Position numbers and translations under genes: made by a program | NCBI GenBank assembly: GCA_002840985.1 | Contig: PHDM01000003.1 | Location: 1-62,583, forward strand | Length of the DNA: 62,583 bases | Source of the DNA: Bacteroidetes bacterium HGW-Bacteroidetes-17 | GTDB taxonomy: Bacteria > Bacteroidota > Bacteroidia > Bacteroidales > GCA-2711565 | Direction of reading: 5' to 3' | Shown here: one piece after another, positions 28,651 through 40,783 of the stretch | Layout: each line of letters opens with the position of its first letter | How positions within the stretch are numbered: the stretch's first letter is position 1 | The notes under the pieces: model-generated | Seen by the model: only the letters and a program-made list of their open reading frames with translations | Database searches by the model: none | What the model was told of the DNA's origin: nothing

Positions 28651-29211
28651 CTAGGAAGCTGAGCAACAGCAGCAGCAATTTGCCGGAGAAATTTCCAGTA
28701 CGGTCCCGTATTTATCAAACTGATAATGGCAACAATTCATCAGCATATCTTTAAGCATTGTGCGGGCACGTTGAACCCGCGATTTGGCTGCTGAGTAATT
28801 GAGTCCTAGTTGTTCGGCGTAGGCTTTCTGACTCAGTCCATCCAATTCAGTTAAGCAAAGTGCTTCACAATATTCGGGTGGTAAATTACGCATCATATTG
28901 ATCATGTCTCCAATGGCTTCAGTCATAGCATTTTCTGAAGCAACTTCTTCCTTTTCATGATAAAGAGATTGGGTTTTATGAATTTCTTTTTTTGTTTCAC
29001 GAAAATAGTCAGTAATTAAATTTCTTGTAATCTGATAAATCCACGACTGGATTTTAGTATCATCATTCAACTGATCAATTCTGGCATGTATTTTAATAAA
29101 CACTTCCTGTAAAATATCCTCGGCCATTGCTTCATCATGAACTTTGCTTAGGATAAATCCTTTAAGCTTATCCGAAAACTTTAGCCAAAGTGCTTCAATG
29201 TTTTTATCCAT
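28651..29211 (-). CDS. sigZ: ECF RNA polymerase sigma factor, SigZ-like, with Cys-rich C-terminus
   Basis: AEDILQEVFIK, SWIYQITRN, AAKSRVQRAR; tail CCHYQFDKYG...NCCCCCSAS. Confidence 0.85.
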   Translation of the reverse strand: MDKNIEALWLKFSDKLKGFILSKVHDEAMAEDILQEVFIKIHARIDQLNDDTKIQSWIYQITRNLITDYFRETKKEIHKTQSLYHEKEEVASENAMTEAIGDMINMMRNLPPEYCEALCLTELDGLSQKAYAEQLGLNYSAAKSRVQRARTMLKDMLMNCCHYQFDKYGTVLEISPANCCCCCSAS

Positions 29212-29240
29212 GTTGAATGATTCGTGTGAAAAGTTGAGCT

Positions 29241-29248
29241 CAAATGTA
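29241..29248 (-). promoter_or_regulatory. -7 promoter element for the sigZ-like gene
   Basis: Minus strand TACATTTG, overlapping the palindrome TTGAGCTCAA (29234-29243). Confidence 0.5.
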
Positions 29249-29473
29249 GAAAATTTATAGTTTCACGCAAATTATGCATTTGTATAATAAGGGCGAAATA
29301 AAAGTGTTAAGCCGGGAAAATGAAACTGTTTTTAGATTGGAATTTTAAAAAGATATTATTTTGCATCTAGCATAATATGAAGCTGATGAAGTATTCGGGG
29401 TAAGTTTCACAAAGAAAGAGCCAGATTTAGCTGCGAAAGGATAATGAGGAAATTAAAATAATTGTACTTTTAA

Positions 29474-29500
29474 TCCGCCTTTGCTGTTCGCTTCGGCGGA
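29474..29500. repeat. REP-like GC-rich palindrome
   Basis: TCCGCC-tttgctgttcgcttc-GGCGGA in an AT-rich divergent intergenic region. Confidence 0.45.
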
Positions 29501-29646
29501 CAAGAAGGATATGGTACAATTCCCCGGGCTTTCGCCAGAATTAGGGTCAAATGCTAGCTCTGTGGTTAAACACCATTTATTTTAATAAGTGAAAAATTTG
29601 AAATGTATCGAACAACCACCATTTTTAATATTTAAATTTAATTGAA

Positions 29647-32508
29647 ATGATTAAGAAATTTATTCTCGCTATTATTGTCCTTATTGCATTTTCCTCCCTG
29701 GGAATCAACAATCTTCAAGCACAATCTGAAAAAAAAGTTCTCGGTATTGAGGATGTGAAAACATGGAGAAGTCATACAGTGATCTTATCCAACGATGGGC
29801 AATGGTATACCGTCCTCTATACTTTGACGGAAAAACCTGTCGCAAAAAGTGATAGCGTCGACAGAAAATATGCAGAAAAAATCAGTAAGGAATTTTATGA
29901 TCAAACGAATCAATCAGATATTCTTTATATCTGCAATACAATTAGTGGCATAAAGTATGAAATTAAGGATGGTAAGAAGCCTTTGTTCTCAGCAGCTTCA
30001 GATTGGATAGCCTACCAAATTAAGTCCGATTTAGAAGAAGAGAAAAAGGATCCAAAAGCTAAAGAGGATAAAGCAATCATTGAATTAAAACATCTTGCTA
30101 CCGGGTTCACCGTTAAGTATGAATCGAACGCTGACTTTAGCTTTGCCGAGGATCAAAATTATTTTATCAGCAATGATAAAAACAGCCTTTTGATTTACGA
30201 TCTGGATAATCGAAGTGAGCATTTCATCGGAAATATTGGAGAGTACTTGCTTGATAAAAATTCAGATTATATTGCCTACACCATATCTACTGAGGATAAA
30301 AGAGGAAACGGAATCTATTTATATCATCCTAAAAACAGAACAACAAAGGCAATCCAAACAGGGAACTTTATCTATTCAAATCTGTCGTGGAATAAGGAAA
30401 AGTCGGCTCTGGCTGCTTATAAGTATACCAAAGATAAGGACAAGATCGATTATGAAAAGATGAGTTTGCTTGTAGTTTCCGGTGTCGAATCTAAAATGCC
30501 AATCACGCTTGAATACAATGTGAAGGATTTTCAGGGAATGACTGAGAACATGGGGCTTGCCGAGAAAACTGCACAATCGGCAAATAAAATTACCTGGAGT
30601 GGTGATGGAGCGCGTTTGTTTTTAAAGATCAAAAAGTATGATCAGGATAAAGGTAAGGATGAGAAAAAGGAGAAGGAAAACAAAGACGATCCAACCGTTC
30701 AGGTATGGCACTGGAAAGATCAAAAGCTGCTTTCGCAACGAATGGTGGAGGCGGAAACTAATAAAAATGAAGTATTTGACGCGATTTTTTTCCGTGAATC
30801 GAAAAAATTGATTCGATTAACAAGCGATGAAATGCAAAGCTTGATTGTCAGTGCAGGAACCGACAATTGGGGCGTTGGATTAGATAATCGTAAATATATT
30901 TCTGACTGGGACAACGATAAAAATGATTTATACAGCATAAACCTTACAAACGGTGATAAAAAACTAATTGCCGAAAAACAGGCCGGAAGGGTAGAGATGG
31001 CCCCTCATGGTGAAAAGTTTGTAATATGGGATGGTGAACATTATTGGTGTTATGATTTAAAAAATGACAGCAAGCATAATATCACAGCTGATTTACCGGT
31101 TTCATTTATAAATACAGAAGATGACCACGCCGGTTTTAGACCCGATTATGGTTTTCTAGCCTGGGTGAAAGACCAAAATGCAGTAATCGTTAACCACAAA
31201 CTTGATTTATGGCTCTTGCCATTAGATAAAAAATCCAAAGCGAAAAATCTTACGGCATCAGTACCCACCGAAGAATCCATTCGATTTAGGTTTGATGATT
31301 TGAGTTTTAAACGGGAAGAAGAGGTTGAAGATCGCTATATCGAATTGAAGTCTGCGAATATTTTGTATGCATTTAATACCAAGACTAAATATGCCGGTTA
31401 TTATAGATTACAAAAAGAAAAATTAGAAAAGCTTGTTTACGAGCCTGCATCCTATGCAAGTTCCGGGTATCGAAGTGGCTTAATTAAAGCTGAAAAGTCT
31501 GATGCCATCATATACAAAATGGGCGATTATCAAAATTATCCCGAAGCCTATTTAAGCAATCTGAATTTTACGGGAGCCAAGAAAATCACAAATACAAATC
31601 CTCAGCAAAAACAATATGAGTGGGGCCATCGTGTATTAATTGATTATACGAACGATGATGGCGTGCCATTGCAAGGCGTATTGAGTATTCCGGATAGCTA
31701 TAAAATGGGACAGAAATTACCTATGATTGTGTATTCATATGAGAAATTGTCTGATGGGATGTATGCCTATTCTTCACCTTATCTTAGCGGTTCAAGTGTC
31801 AATGAGATGAGCTATGTATCGGATGGCTATTTGTTCCTGCGTCCTGATATTCATTTTAATGTGGGGACCCCACATTCAGATATGCACGAATGTATTGATG
31901 CAGCCATTGAAAAAGTAATGGAACTGGGCTATGTGGATGAAAAAAGAATTGGTTACGAAGGATTCAGCTATGGTGGCCATACAGGGATGTATATCTCAAC
32001 TCAGAAAAATAAGTTTGCTGCCATAGCAGCAGGAGCAGGGGTGAGTAATTTGGTACATGGATTTAATATTGATATTGTTAGAGATGGAAGCAACGAACAG
32101 GATTATTATATGACCCAACAGGGAAGACTGGGTACCGATCCTACCTCAAATACAAAAATGTATATCTCCGAATCGGCCGTATTTAATGCGCAAACCATGA
32201 ATACACCTTTACTGTTGTTTCATGGAACTGCTGATAATGTGGTAGTTTGGGAGCATTCCTTTGGATTCTACAGTATTTTACGTTATCTGAAAAAACCTGT
32301 CGTATTTCTTTCATACGAGGGAGAAGGACATGGCTTGCGTAATAAAGGAAACCGGTTGGATATACAACTTCGACTTAAAGAATATTTCGATCATTACCTG
32401 AAAGGCAAGGAAGCAGGTAAATGGATGCTTGAAGAAATACCTTACAAAGCAAAAGAGAAAAGCAAAGAAGCTGAAAAAGAAAGAAGAACAGTTCCTGTGT
32501 GGAAATAA
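29647..32508 (+). CDS. Secreted S9 family (prolyl oligopeptidase-like) serine peptidase
   Basis: Signal peptide; nucleophile GFSYGG, FHGTAD, GEGHG triad motifs; long N-terminal propeller-like region. Confidence 0.92.
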   Translation: MIKKFILAIIVLIAFSSLGINNLQAQSEKKVLGIEDVKTWRSHTVILSNDGQWYTVLYTLTEKPVAKSDSVDRKYAEKISKEFYDQTNQSDILYICNTISGIKYEIKDGKKPLFSAASDWIAYQIKSDLEEEKKDPKAKEDKAIIELKHLATGFTVKYESNADFSFAEDQNYFISNDKNSLLIYDLDNRSEHFIGNIGEYLLDKNSDYIAYTISTEDKRGNGIYLYHPKNRTTKAIQTGNFIYSNLSWNKEKSALAAYKYTKDKDKIDYEKMSLLVVSGVESKMPITLEYNVKDFQGMTENMGLAEKTAQSANKITWSGDGARLFLKIKKYDQDKGKDEKKEKENKDDPTVQVWHWKDQKLLSQRMVEAETNKNEVFDAIFFRESKKLIRLTSDEMQSLIVSAGTDNWGVGLDNRKYISDWDNDKNDLYSINLTNGDKKLIAEKQAGRVEMAPHGEKFVIWDGEHYWCYDLKNDSKHNITADLPVSFINTEDDHAGFRPDYGFLAWVKDQNAVIVNHKLDLWLLPLDKKSKAKNLTASVPTEESIRFRFDDLSFKREEEVEDRYIELKSANILYAFNTKTKYAGYYRLQKEKLEKLVYEPASYASSGYRSGLIKAEKSDAIIYKMGDYQNYPEAYLSNLNFTGAKKITNTNPQQKQYEWGHRVLIDYTNDDGVPLQGVLSIPDSYKMGQKLPMIVYSYEKLSDGMYAYSSPYLSGSSVNEMSYVSDGYLFLRPDIHFNVGTPHSDMHECIDAAIEKVMELGYVDEKRIGYEGFSYGGHTGMYISTQKNKFAAIAAGAGVSNLVHGFNIDIVRDGSNEQDYYMTQQGRLGTDPTSNTKMYISESAVFNAQTMNTPLLLFHGTADNVVVWEHSFGFYSILRYLKKPVVFLSYEGEGHGLRNKGNRLDIQLRLKEYFDHYLKGKEAGKWMLEEIPYKAKEKSKEAEKERRTVPVWK

Positions 32509-32571
32509 TAATTGTTAAAGAAGTTTCAAAGTTTTAAGTCAGGAAAATGAGAGTATTTTTAGCTTGGGATT

Positions 32572-32874
32572 TTATTGTACCAAGTTGAATAATCCTATTT
32601 TCTCTTCTGCTTCATAAAGCTTTTCAAATTTGTAACAGAGAATATCATAAGCCTCTCTATTAGCATGTTTAAAATCTTCATAGGACCGCTCGTCTGTCCA
32701 GGTGTCAATTAGAAGATAAATATCAGTTGTGTCTTTGTTTTTATGCAAAAATGAACCCAGATATTTATCTGAATCCCGAAACAGTTTTGCCCATGTTCCC
32801 TTTTTCCCGTATTCCGTTTCAAATCTAACTTGATTTTTTTTCTTTACCTCGTACCTCCATATTATCGAATACAT
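32572..32874 (-). CDS. Small ABM-like (dimeric alpha-beta barrel) protein
   Basis: ATG at 32874: MYSIIWRYEV...FETEYGKKGTWAKLF...YLLIDTW; 100 aa. Confidence 0.7.
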   Translation of the reverse strand: MYSIIWRYEVKKKNQVRFETEYGKKGTWAKLFRDSDKYLGSFLHKNKDTTDIYLLIDTWTDERSYEDFKHANREAYDILCYKFEKLYEAEEKIGLFNLVQ

Positions 32875-33163
32875 CTCATTTCCCTTCTTTAATTTCGATT
32901 TCACGATTGTTGCCTGAGTTTCAAACGTGTACAAATAGAAATTGTTTCGTTGCAGGGCAAAATACCTGTTTGCTGAAGACAGGTTCACTCATTTACAGTA
33001 TGCAATAATTTGCATGATCAAACTTTCATAGCATATCAACACATCAGCACATTAATTCAACCCCCTTTTGTTGAAATTCAGAATATTAACAAACAATTGT
33101 TGACAACAATTTATTTATTGTATATTTTTTTAAATTCGCTATTGTTTTTTTAAAATGTTTTCC

Positions 33164-33171
33164 TACCTTTG
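33164..33171 (+). promoter_or_regulatory. Distal -7 promoter element upstream of rpsL
   Basis: TACCTTTG(CA). Confidence 0.65.
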
Positions 33172-33205
33172 CAGCCCCAAATTAGGGGATGTTAATAGTA
33201 AAATA

Positions 33206-33342
33206 CTGAAAAAGAGTAAGGAAACCTGACAATTAAGACAACTATAGGTTTTCGGCAGTGGTTAAAACAAAATACCTGTTCTAACACATAATAACCACTG
33301 GCAAAAGTCTAGGTCGTAAAATCTCACCTTTCGATTTTTCAG
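33206..33342 (+). ncRNA. Candidate structured RNA/leader (rod with internal bubble)
   Basis: Nested pairings CTGAAAAA/TTTTTCAG, AAGG/CCTT, TAGGTTTT/AAAGTCTA (two G-U), CAGTGGTTA/TAACCACTG; folded by eye only. Confidence 0.4.
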
Positions 33343-33409
33343 AAAAAAAGTATTGTATAAAAGCGTAAAAATTAAATCAGTAATGTGGTTCATTATAAGG
33401 AATTATTTT

Positions 33410-33417
33410 TACCTTTG
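33410..33417 (+). promoter_or_regulatory. Proximal -7 promoter element for the rpsL operon
   Basis: TACCTTTG(CA), 49 nt upstream of the ATG. Confidence 0.7.
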
Positions 33418-33466
33418 CACACCCAAAAAAATAAGGTGGAACAAATAATAAACAAAATAGCGTAGT

Positions 33467-33844
33467 ATGCCAACAATACAACAGTTAGTTCGCAAGGGAC
33501 GTCAAAAATTAACCGATAAGAGTAAATCTCCTGCTTTGGACTCATGTCCGCAACGTAGGGGAGTTTGTGTTAGGGTTTATACCACAACACCTAAAAAACC
33601 TAACTCAGCCATGAGAAAGGTTGCAAGAGTTCGACTGACTAACGGAAAAGAGGTGAATGCCTATATCCCGGGTGAAGGCCATAATTTGCAAGAGCACTCA
33701 ATCGTAATGATACGTGGGGGCAGGGTGAAAGATCTACCGGGTGTAAGATACCATATCATCAGAGGTGCATTGGATACTTCAGGTGTTGAGGGACGTACTC
33801 AAAGAAGATCAAAATACGGTACAAAACGACCAAAACAGAAATAA
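33467..33844 (+). CDS. rpsL: 30S ribosomal protein S12
   Basis: [25 protein letters not shown]. Confidence 0.99.
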   Translation: MPTIQQLVRKGRQKLTDKSKSPALDSCPQRRGVCVRVYTTTPKKPNSAMRKVARVRLTNGKEVNAYIPGEGHNLQEHSIVMIRGGRVKDLPGVRYHIIRGALDTSGVEGRTQRRSKYGTKRPKQK

Positions 33845-33869
33845 AAATATTTAACTCAAGGATAAAACA

Positions 33870-34337
33870 ATGAGGAAATCTAGACCAAAAAAACGAGTTA
33901 TTCTTCCTGATCCAAAATTCAACGAGGTTTTGGTGACAAAATTTGTCAATAATTTGATGTACGAAGGAAAGAAAAACCTGGCTTTTAAAGTTTTTTACGA
34001 AGCAATAGAAATTGTAAGTGAAAAAATGCAGGAAGACGGACTGGAAGTTTGGAAAAAAGCTTTGGCTAATGTAACTCCCGCGGTAGAGGTTAGAAGCAGG
34101 AGAATCGGAGGAGCAACTTTTCAAATTCCTTCTGAAATCAGAGCAGGCAGAAAAATGTCAATTGGTATGAAAAACCTGATTGGCTATTCCCGTAAACGTC
34201 ATGAAAAATCAATGGGCCAAAAATTGGCCGGAGAAATCATGGCAGGATATAAAGAAGAAGGTTCTGCTTTTAAGAAAAAAGAAGATACCCATAGAATGGC
34301 AGAAGCGAATAAAGCTTTCTCCCATTTTAGATTTTAA
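33870..34337 (+). CDS. rpsG: 30S ribosomal protein S7
   Basis: [23 protein letters not shown]. Confidence 0.99.
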   Translation: MRKSRPKKRVILPDPKFNEVLVTKFVNNLMYEGKKNLAFKVFYEAIEIVSEKMQEDGLEVWKKALANVTPAVEVRSRRIGGATFQIPSEIRAGRKMSIGMKNLIGYSRKRHEKSMGQKLAGEIMAGYKEEGSAFKKKEDTHRMAEANKAFSHFRF

Positions 34338-34366
34338 TCAGCATATCATTAAGGTATAATACAGAA

Positions 34367-36472
34367 ATGTCGGAAAGACTAACATATACAAGAAACATAG
34401 GCATTATGGCTCATATCGATGCGGGTAAAACCACAACGACTGAGCGTATCTTGTATTATACCGGTATTAATCATAAAATTGGCGAAGTCCATGATGGTAC
34501 AGCTACCATGGATTGGATGATTCAGGAACAGGAGCGTGGAATTACCATTACCTCTGCTGCTACTACTGTATTTTGGGACTTCAACAATAACCAATACAAA
34601 ATTAACATCATTGATACCCCCGGCCATGTCGACTTTACGGTTGAGGTTGAACGATCACTCAGGGTTCTGGATGGAGCAGTTGCTTTATTCTGTGCTGTTG
34701 GTGGTGTTGAACCGCAATCTGAAACAGTTTGGAGACAAGCCAATAAATATCATGTACCGCGCATCAGTTTTGTAAACAAAATGGATCGTGCCGGTGCTGA
34801 CTTTTTTAAGGTTGTTACTGAAATTAATGAAAAATTAGGGGCACAGGCAATTCCATTACAGATCCCGATTGGTGCCGAAGACGATTTTACAGGTATTGTT
34901 GATTTAATTACCAACAAAGCCTATGAGTGGGATAATGATACACTCGGTGCCAAATATTTTGAAGTTCCAATCCCGGAGGAATTAAAAGAAGAAGTTGAGC
35001 TTTATCGTTCAAAACTGATTGAAGGTGTTGCAGAAGAAAGCGACGAACTGTTCGCTAAATTTCTTGAGAATCCTGAACTGATTACCCAAGAGGAAATCTA
35101 TGCCGCCATTCGTAAAGCTACTTTAGAGTTGAGAATTACTCCTGTACTCTGCGGATCATCCTTCAAAAATAAAGGTGTTCAGTTTCTGTTAAATGCCGTT
35201 GCATCATTTTTACCTTCCCCAATTGATATTACTGCCGTGATTGGAATTAATCCATTCACAAATAAAGAAGAAAGCAGAAGTGCCAGCATTGATGAGCCTT
35301 TTACAGCCTTAGCTTTTAAAATCGCGACCGATCCATTCGTAGGTCGGATTGCTTTTTTCAGGGTCTATTCAGGTGCTTTGGAAGCAGGTGAAACTGTTTT
35401 AAATTCAAATACAAATAAGAAAGATCGAATAGGCCGGATTTTACAAATGCATGCCAACAAGCAAAATCCATTGAAAAGGATAGAAGCTGGTGATATTGGA
35501 GCTGCAGTTGGATTTAAAGAAATCCGTACCGGCGATACTTTAACAGATATAAAGCATCCATTAGTTTTAGAAAGCATCGAATTCCCGGAACCGGTTATCA
35601 GCATGGCAGTTGAACCAAAAGTTCAGGATGATGTTGATAAATTGGCGATCTCTTTGCAAAAGCTTGCAGAAGAAGATCCAACTTTTACCGTTCGGGTAGA
35701 TGGTGATTCGGGCCAAACTTTAATTAACGGAATGGGCGAATTGCATCTTGATATTCTGATTGATCGATTGAAACGAGAATTCAATATCACGGTTAACAGA
35801 GGAACTCCTCAGGTTGCGTACAAAGAAACGATTACCAAAACCATTTTACACCGCGAAGTTTATAAAAAACAAACTGGTGGCAGAGGTCGATTTGCCGAAA
35901 TTTATGTGGAAATCGGTCCTGCTTCGGATGAAGTAAAAGGGTTGGAATTTATAAATGAAACAAGGGATGGTAGCATCCCAAAACAATATATTCCTGCAAT
36001 TGAAAAGGGATTTAAAATGGCAATGCAAAATGGATCGTTAATAGGTTTTCCGATGAATAACCTTAAGGTTCGTTTGATTGATGGATCATACCACAGTGTT
36101 GATTCTGATGCTTTGTCGTTTGAAGTTGCCGCGGCACAAGCGTTCAGAAATGCGACTAAACTCGCAAATCCGGCTATTTTAGAGCCTATGATGAAGCTCG
36201 AAATTAGCACTCCCGACGATTATGTTGGTGACTTAAGTAGTGATATTAATAAACGACGTGGTCACCTTTCAAATGTTGAATCAAAATTAGGTGTACAAGT
36301 TATTAAAGCAGTAGTGCCGATGGCCGAAATGTTCGGATATGTAACCACATTGAGAACCATTTCATCAGGTCGTGCAATTTCAAATCTTGAATTTTCGCAT
36401 TATCAGGTTACACCAAAGGACATACAAGAAGAAGTATTATATAAAATAAGAGGATACGTATTAAATTCTTAA
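34367..36472 (+). CDS. fusA: Elongation factor G
   Basis: [40 protein letters not shown]. Confidence 0.99.
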   Translation: MSERLTYTRNIGIMAHIDAGKTTTTERILYYTGINHKIGEVHDGTATMDWMIQEQERGITITSAATTVFWDFNNNQYKINIIDTPGHVDFTVEVERSLRVLDGAVALFCAVGGVEPQSETVWRQANKYHVPRISFVNKMDRAGADFFKVVTEINEKLGAQAIPLQIPIGAEDDFTGIVDLITNKAYEWDNDTLGAKYFEVPIPEELKEEVELYRSKLIEGVAEESDELFAKFLENPELITQEEIYAAIRKATLELRITPVLCGSSFKNKGVQFLLNAVASFLPSPIDITAVIGINPFTNKEESRSASIDEPFTALAFKIATDPFVGRIAFFRVYSGALEAGETVLNSNTNKKDRIGRILQMHANKQNPLKRIEAGDIGAAVGFKEIRTGDTLTDIKHPLVLESIEFPEPVISMAVEPKVQDDVDKLAISLQKLAEEDPTFTVRVDGDSGQTLINGMGELHLDILIDRLKREFNITVNRGTPQVAYKETITKTILHREVYKKQTGGRGRFAEIYVEIGPASDEVKGLEFINETRDGSIPKQYIPAIEKGFKMAMQNGSLIGFPMNNLKVRLIDGSYHSVDSDALSFEVAAAQAFRNATKLANPAILEPMMKLEISTPDDYVGDLSSDINKRRGHLSNVESKLGVQVIKAVVPMAEMFGYVTTLRTISSGRAISNLEFSHYQVTPKDIQEEVLYKIRGYVLNS

Positions 36473-36495
36473 TTGAGTAATAAAAATTAACGAAC

Positions 36496-36801
36496 GTGAG
36501 TCAAAGGATTAGAATCAAATTGAAATCATACGATCATAACCTGGTTGATAAATCAGCGGAAAAGATTGTTAAAACTGTTAAATCAACTGGAGCAGTTGTT
36601 AACGGACCAATTCCCTTGCCAACAAACAAAAAGATTTTTACAGTTAACAAAGCTACCTTTGTGAACAAGAAAGCAAGGGAACAGTTTCAGCTTTGCTCAT
36701 ACAAGAGGCTTCTTGATATATACAGTACTACATCTAAAACAATAGATGCATTAATGAAGCTCGAGCTGCCAAGTGGCGTTGAAGTAGAAATCAAAGTTTA
36801 A
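36496..36801 (+). CDS. rpsJ: 30S ribosomal protein S10 (GTG start)
   Basis: [26 protein letters not shown]. Confidence 0.99.
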   Translation: MSQRIRIKLKSYDHNLVDKSAEKIVKTVKSTGAVVNGPIPLPTNKKIFTVNKATFVNKKAREQFQLCSYKRLLDIYSTTSKTIDALMKLELPSGVEVEIKV

Positions 36802-36854
36802 GTTTAAGAGTTGAAGTTTAGTTAGCAGGATTTAAGAGCTTAAAAGAAGAAAAA

Positions 36855-37484
36855 ATGTCAGGATTAATAGGAAAAAAAATAGGTATGACTAGCATATACG
36901 ACGCAAACGGCAAAAATATGCCCTGCACCGTTATTGAAGCTGGTCCATGTGTTGTGACTCAGGTTCGTACAATGGAAGTTGACGGATATGAAGCAATACA
37001 ACTTGCGTTTGACGATAAAAAAGAAAAGCATACCTCAAGTGCAATGAAAGGTCATTTTGCGAAAGCAGGCGTTACTCCAAAACGAATAGTTCGCGAGTTG
37101 ACCCGTTTCGAAAAGGGCCATCAGAAAAAATTTGGTGATGTTATAGGTGTTGAAATTTTTGTCGAAGGTGAATTTATCGATGTTGTAGGAACATCCAAAG
37201 GAAAAGGATTTCAAGGGGTAGTTAAACGTCATAATTTCAGAGGTGTAAATGATGCAACTCACGGTCAGCACAATCGATTAAGAGCTCCGGGTTCAATTGG
37301 TGCATCTTCTTGGCCCTCAAGAGTATTTAAAGGCATGAGAATGGCAGGAAGAACCGGTGGTGATCGTGCAAAATTGATCAATCTCCAAATCTTAAAAATT
37401 ATTCCTGAGAAAAACCTTCTTATTGTCAAAGGTGCAGTTCCTGGTGCAAAAAATTCATATTTAATTATTGAAAGATGGAGTTAG
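36855..37484 (+). CDS. rplC: 50S ribosomal protein L3
   Basis: [22 protein letters not shown]. Confidence 0.99.
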   Translation: MSGLIGKKIGMTSIYDANGKNMPCTVIEAGPCVVTQVRTMEVDGYEAIQLAFDDKKEKHTSSAMKGHFAKAGVTPKRIVRELTRFEKGHQKKFGDVIGVEIFVEGEFIDVVGTSKGKGFQGVVKRHNFRGVNDATHGQHNRLRAPGSIGASSWPSRVFKGMRMAGRTGGDRAKLINLQILKIIPEKNLLIVKGAVPGAKNSYLIIERWS

Positions 37485-38098
37485 TAGTACATAATATTAG
37501 CGGAAAAGAGACATCGAAGAAAGTCAACCTGAATGATGAAATATTCGGGATTGAACCTAACGATCATGCGATCTATCTTGATACCAAACAATATTTGGCA
37601 AATCAACGACAAGGAACTCACAGCTCAAAAGGCAAAAGTGAATTATCTGGAAGTACTCGCAAGATTAAACGTCAAAAAGGAACCGGTACAGCCCGTGCAG
37701 GTAGTATTAAGTCTGGTCTTTTTAGAGGTGGAGCCCGTATGTTTGGCCCACAACCTAGAGACTATCGTTTTAAGTTGAATAAAAAACTTAAACGATTAGC
37801 ACGTAAGTCAGCGCTTTCATATAAAGCAATTGATAAAAACATCATGGTTGTTGAAGATTTCGAAATGGAACCAAAAACCAAGAGTTTTATTGAAATGCTG
37901 AATAATTTCAGCTTAAGCGAGAAGAAAACATTATTTATATTGGGCGAAAGCAAAGAGAATATTTACCTCGCGGCCAGAAACCTGAAAAAAATTAAAGTTG
38001 TTCATGCTTCTGCACTTAATACTTACGATATTTTAAATGCAAATAATTTACTGATTTCTGAGAATTCTCTCGCTGAAATTGAGAAAATGTTTGTTTAA
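37475..38098 (+). CDS. rplD: 50S ribosomal protein L4
   Basis: [15 protein letters not shown]; overlaps rplC by 10 nt. Confidence 0.99.
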   Translation: MELVVHNISGKETSKKVNLNDEIFGIEPNDHAIYLDTKQYLANQRQGTHSSKGKSELSGSTRKIKRQKGTGTARAGSIKSGLFRGGARMFGPQPRDYRFKLNKKLKRLARKSALSYKAIDKNIMVVEDFEMEPKTKSFIEMLNNFSLSEKKTLFILGESKENIYLAARNLKKIKVVHASALNTYDILNANNLLISENSLAEIEKMFV

Positions 38099-38123
38099 AT
38101 AAAAAATATTAAAATTCATAAAA

Positions 38124-38414
38124 ATGGATATCATTAAAAAGCCTGTAATTACAGAAAAAATGACCGCGATGGGAGAAAAACTCAACCGTTATGGTTTTAT
38201 AGTGGATAAACGGGCCAATAAGCTTCAAATTAAAGAAGCGATAAAGGAAATTTACGGAGTTGAGGTTACAGCAGTAAATACCATGAGTTACTCCGGTAAA
38301 ACCAAGTCCAGATTTACAAAAGCCGGATTTATTAGCGGCAAAACAAATTCATTTAAGAAGGCTATTATTACATTAGCTGAAGGCGAAACAATTGATTTTT
38401 ATAGCAATATTTAA
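38124..38414 (+). CDS. rplW: 50S ribosomal protein L23
   Basis: PVITEK, ANKLQIK, KKAIITL. Confidence 0.99.
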   Translation: MDIIKKPVITEKMTAMGEKLNRYGFIVDKRANKLQIKEAIKEIYGVEVTAVNTMSYSGKTKSRFTKAGFISGKTNSFKKAIITLAEGETIDFYSNI

Positions 38415-38419
38415 TTAGG

Positions 38420-39244
<825 letters not shown>

Positions 39245-39269
39245 TATAGATAATTAAATCATAAGAATA

Positions 39270-39548
39270 ATGAGTCGTTCTCTTAAAAAAGGTCCTTATA
39301 TTCATTTCAAACTGGAGAAAAAGGTTTTTGCAAATATTGAATCTGGCAAAAAGACGGTTATAAAAACCTGGTCAAGGGCATCAATGATATCTCCTGACTT
39401 CGTTGGACAAACCATTGCTGTTCATAATGGAAATAAATTCATTCCGGTTTATGTTACTGAAAACATGGTTGGACATAAATTAGGTGAATTTGCCCCAACC
39501 CGAATTTTCAGAGGACACGCAGGAAATAAAGATAAAGGCAAACGATAA
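39270..39548 (+). CDS. rpsS: 30S ribosomal protein S19
   Basis: [24 protein letters not shown]. Confidence 0.99.
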   Translation: MSRSLKKGPYIHFKLEKKVFANIESGKKTVIKTWSRASMISPDFVGQTIAVHNGNKFIPVYVTENMVGHKLGEFAPTRIFRGHAGNKDKGKR

Positions 39549-39571
39549 AAGGCAATAAATAAGTACATACA

Positions 39572-39997
39572 ATGGGAGCAAGAAAACATAATTCAGCAGA
39601 ACAATTAAAGGAAGCAAAGAAAACAACATACTTTGCCAAATTGAATAATTGTCCTACTTCGCCCAGAAAAATGAGATTAGTCGCTGGCTTGATCAGAGGA
39701 GGAAATGTTGAACATGCATTGCATATTTTACAACATTCACCCAAAGAAGCTTCAATCCGAATGCACAAACTATTGCGTTCAGCTATTGCGAACTGGGAAG
39801 CTAAAAATGAGGGTCAGCGTATTGAAGACAGTAACCTTTATGTTAAAGAAGTTTTAGTAGATAGTGGCAGAATGTTAAAACGTATTCAGCCTGCACCCCA
39901 AGGTCGTGCACACCGAATAAAAAAGCGTTCGAATCATGTGACTGTTATACTAGATAGCAGAACAGTAGTAGAAGAAGTTAAAAATCAAAATCAATAA
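39572..39997 (+). CDS. rplV: 50S ribosomal protein L22
   Basis: [21 protein letters not shown]. Confidence 0.99.
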   Translation: MGARKHNSAEQLKEAKKTTYFAKLNNCPTSPRKMRLVAGLIRGGNVEHALHILQHSPKEASIRMHKLLRSAIANWEAKNEGQRIEDSNLYVKEVLVDSGRMLKRIQPAPQGRAHRIKKRSNHVTVILDSRTVVEEVKNQNQ

Positions 39998-40014
39998 TCT
40001 ATAAGATACATTTA

Positions 40015-40752
40015 ATGGGACAAAAAACAAATCCAATAGGTCTTAGATTAGGAATCATTAAGGGATGGGATTCAAATTGGTACGGTGGAAACAAATTTGC
40101 CGATAAACTGATAGAAGACGATAAAATCAGAAAATATCTGAATGCCCGACTAGCAAAAGCCGGAATCTCAAAGATAATTATTGAGCGTACCTTAAAACTT
40201 GTAACCGTAACTATATTTACCGCACGTCCGGGTATTATTATCGGAAAAGGTGGTTCTGAAGTAGACAAGCTAAAAGAAGAATTGAAAAAAGTTACCGGTA
40301 AGGAAATCCAAATCAATATCTCTGAAATTAAAAGACCGGAATTAGATGCGGTAATCGTTTCCAGTTCAATCGCTCGTCAAATCGAAGGTAGAATCTCATT
40401 CAGAAGGGCTATTAAAACTTCCATTGCTTCAACAATGCGAATTGGTGCTGAAGGAATTAAAGTTCAGATTTCGGGGAGAATCGGTGGTGCTGAAATGGCA
40501 AGAAGTGAATCATACAAAGAAGGACGTGTTCCATTGCATACCTTACGTGCAGATATTGATTATGCACTTAGCGAAGCTCATACCACTTATGGACGTATTG
40601 GAATTAAAGTTTGGATTTGTAAAGGTGAAATCTACGGTAAACCTGAATTAGTTCCTACAACAGGAATAGGAGCCAAAACCCAACAAGGGGGAGGAGGCGC
40701 ACCGGCACCAGGCGGACCACGCGGAAGAGGCCCACGAAATAAGAGAAGATAA
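40015..40752 (+). CDS. rpsC: 30S ribosomal protein S3
   Basis: [26 protein letters not shown]. Confidence 0.99.
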   Translation: MGQKTNPIGLRLGIIKGWDSNWYGGNKFADKLIEDDKIRKYLNARLAKAGISKIIIERTLKLVTVTIFTARPGIIIGKGGSEVDKLKEELKKVTGKEIQINISEIKRPELDAVIVSSSIARQIEGRISFRRAIKTSIASTMRIGAEGIKVQISGRIGGAEMARSESYKEGRVPLHTLRADIDYALSEAHTTYGRIGIKVWICKGEIYGKPELVPTTGIGAKTQQGGGGAPAPGGPRGRGPRNKRR

Positions 40753-40783
40753 ACAGGACTTATAATTAATAATATTATATCAG

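Noticed and set aside
32875-32988. Upstream GTG/TTG extensions of the ABM-like gene (likewise eno 51667 and M23 61195)
   Set aside because: Downstream ATGs fit the expected N-termini; the eno and M23 extensions begin inside promoter elements.
34367-36801. No tuf after fusA; somewhat divergent EF-G C-terminus and S10 loop (NKATFVN)
   Set aside because: fusA-rpsJ adjacency is typical of the phylum, GTPase motifs are intact, and the divergence cannot be judged without alignments.
37475-37484. 10-nt rplC/rplD overlap
   Set aside because: Ordinary translational coupling, not a frameshift.
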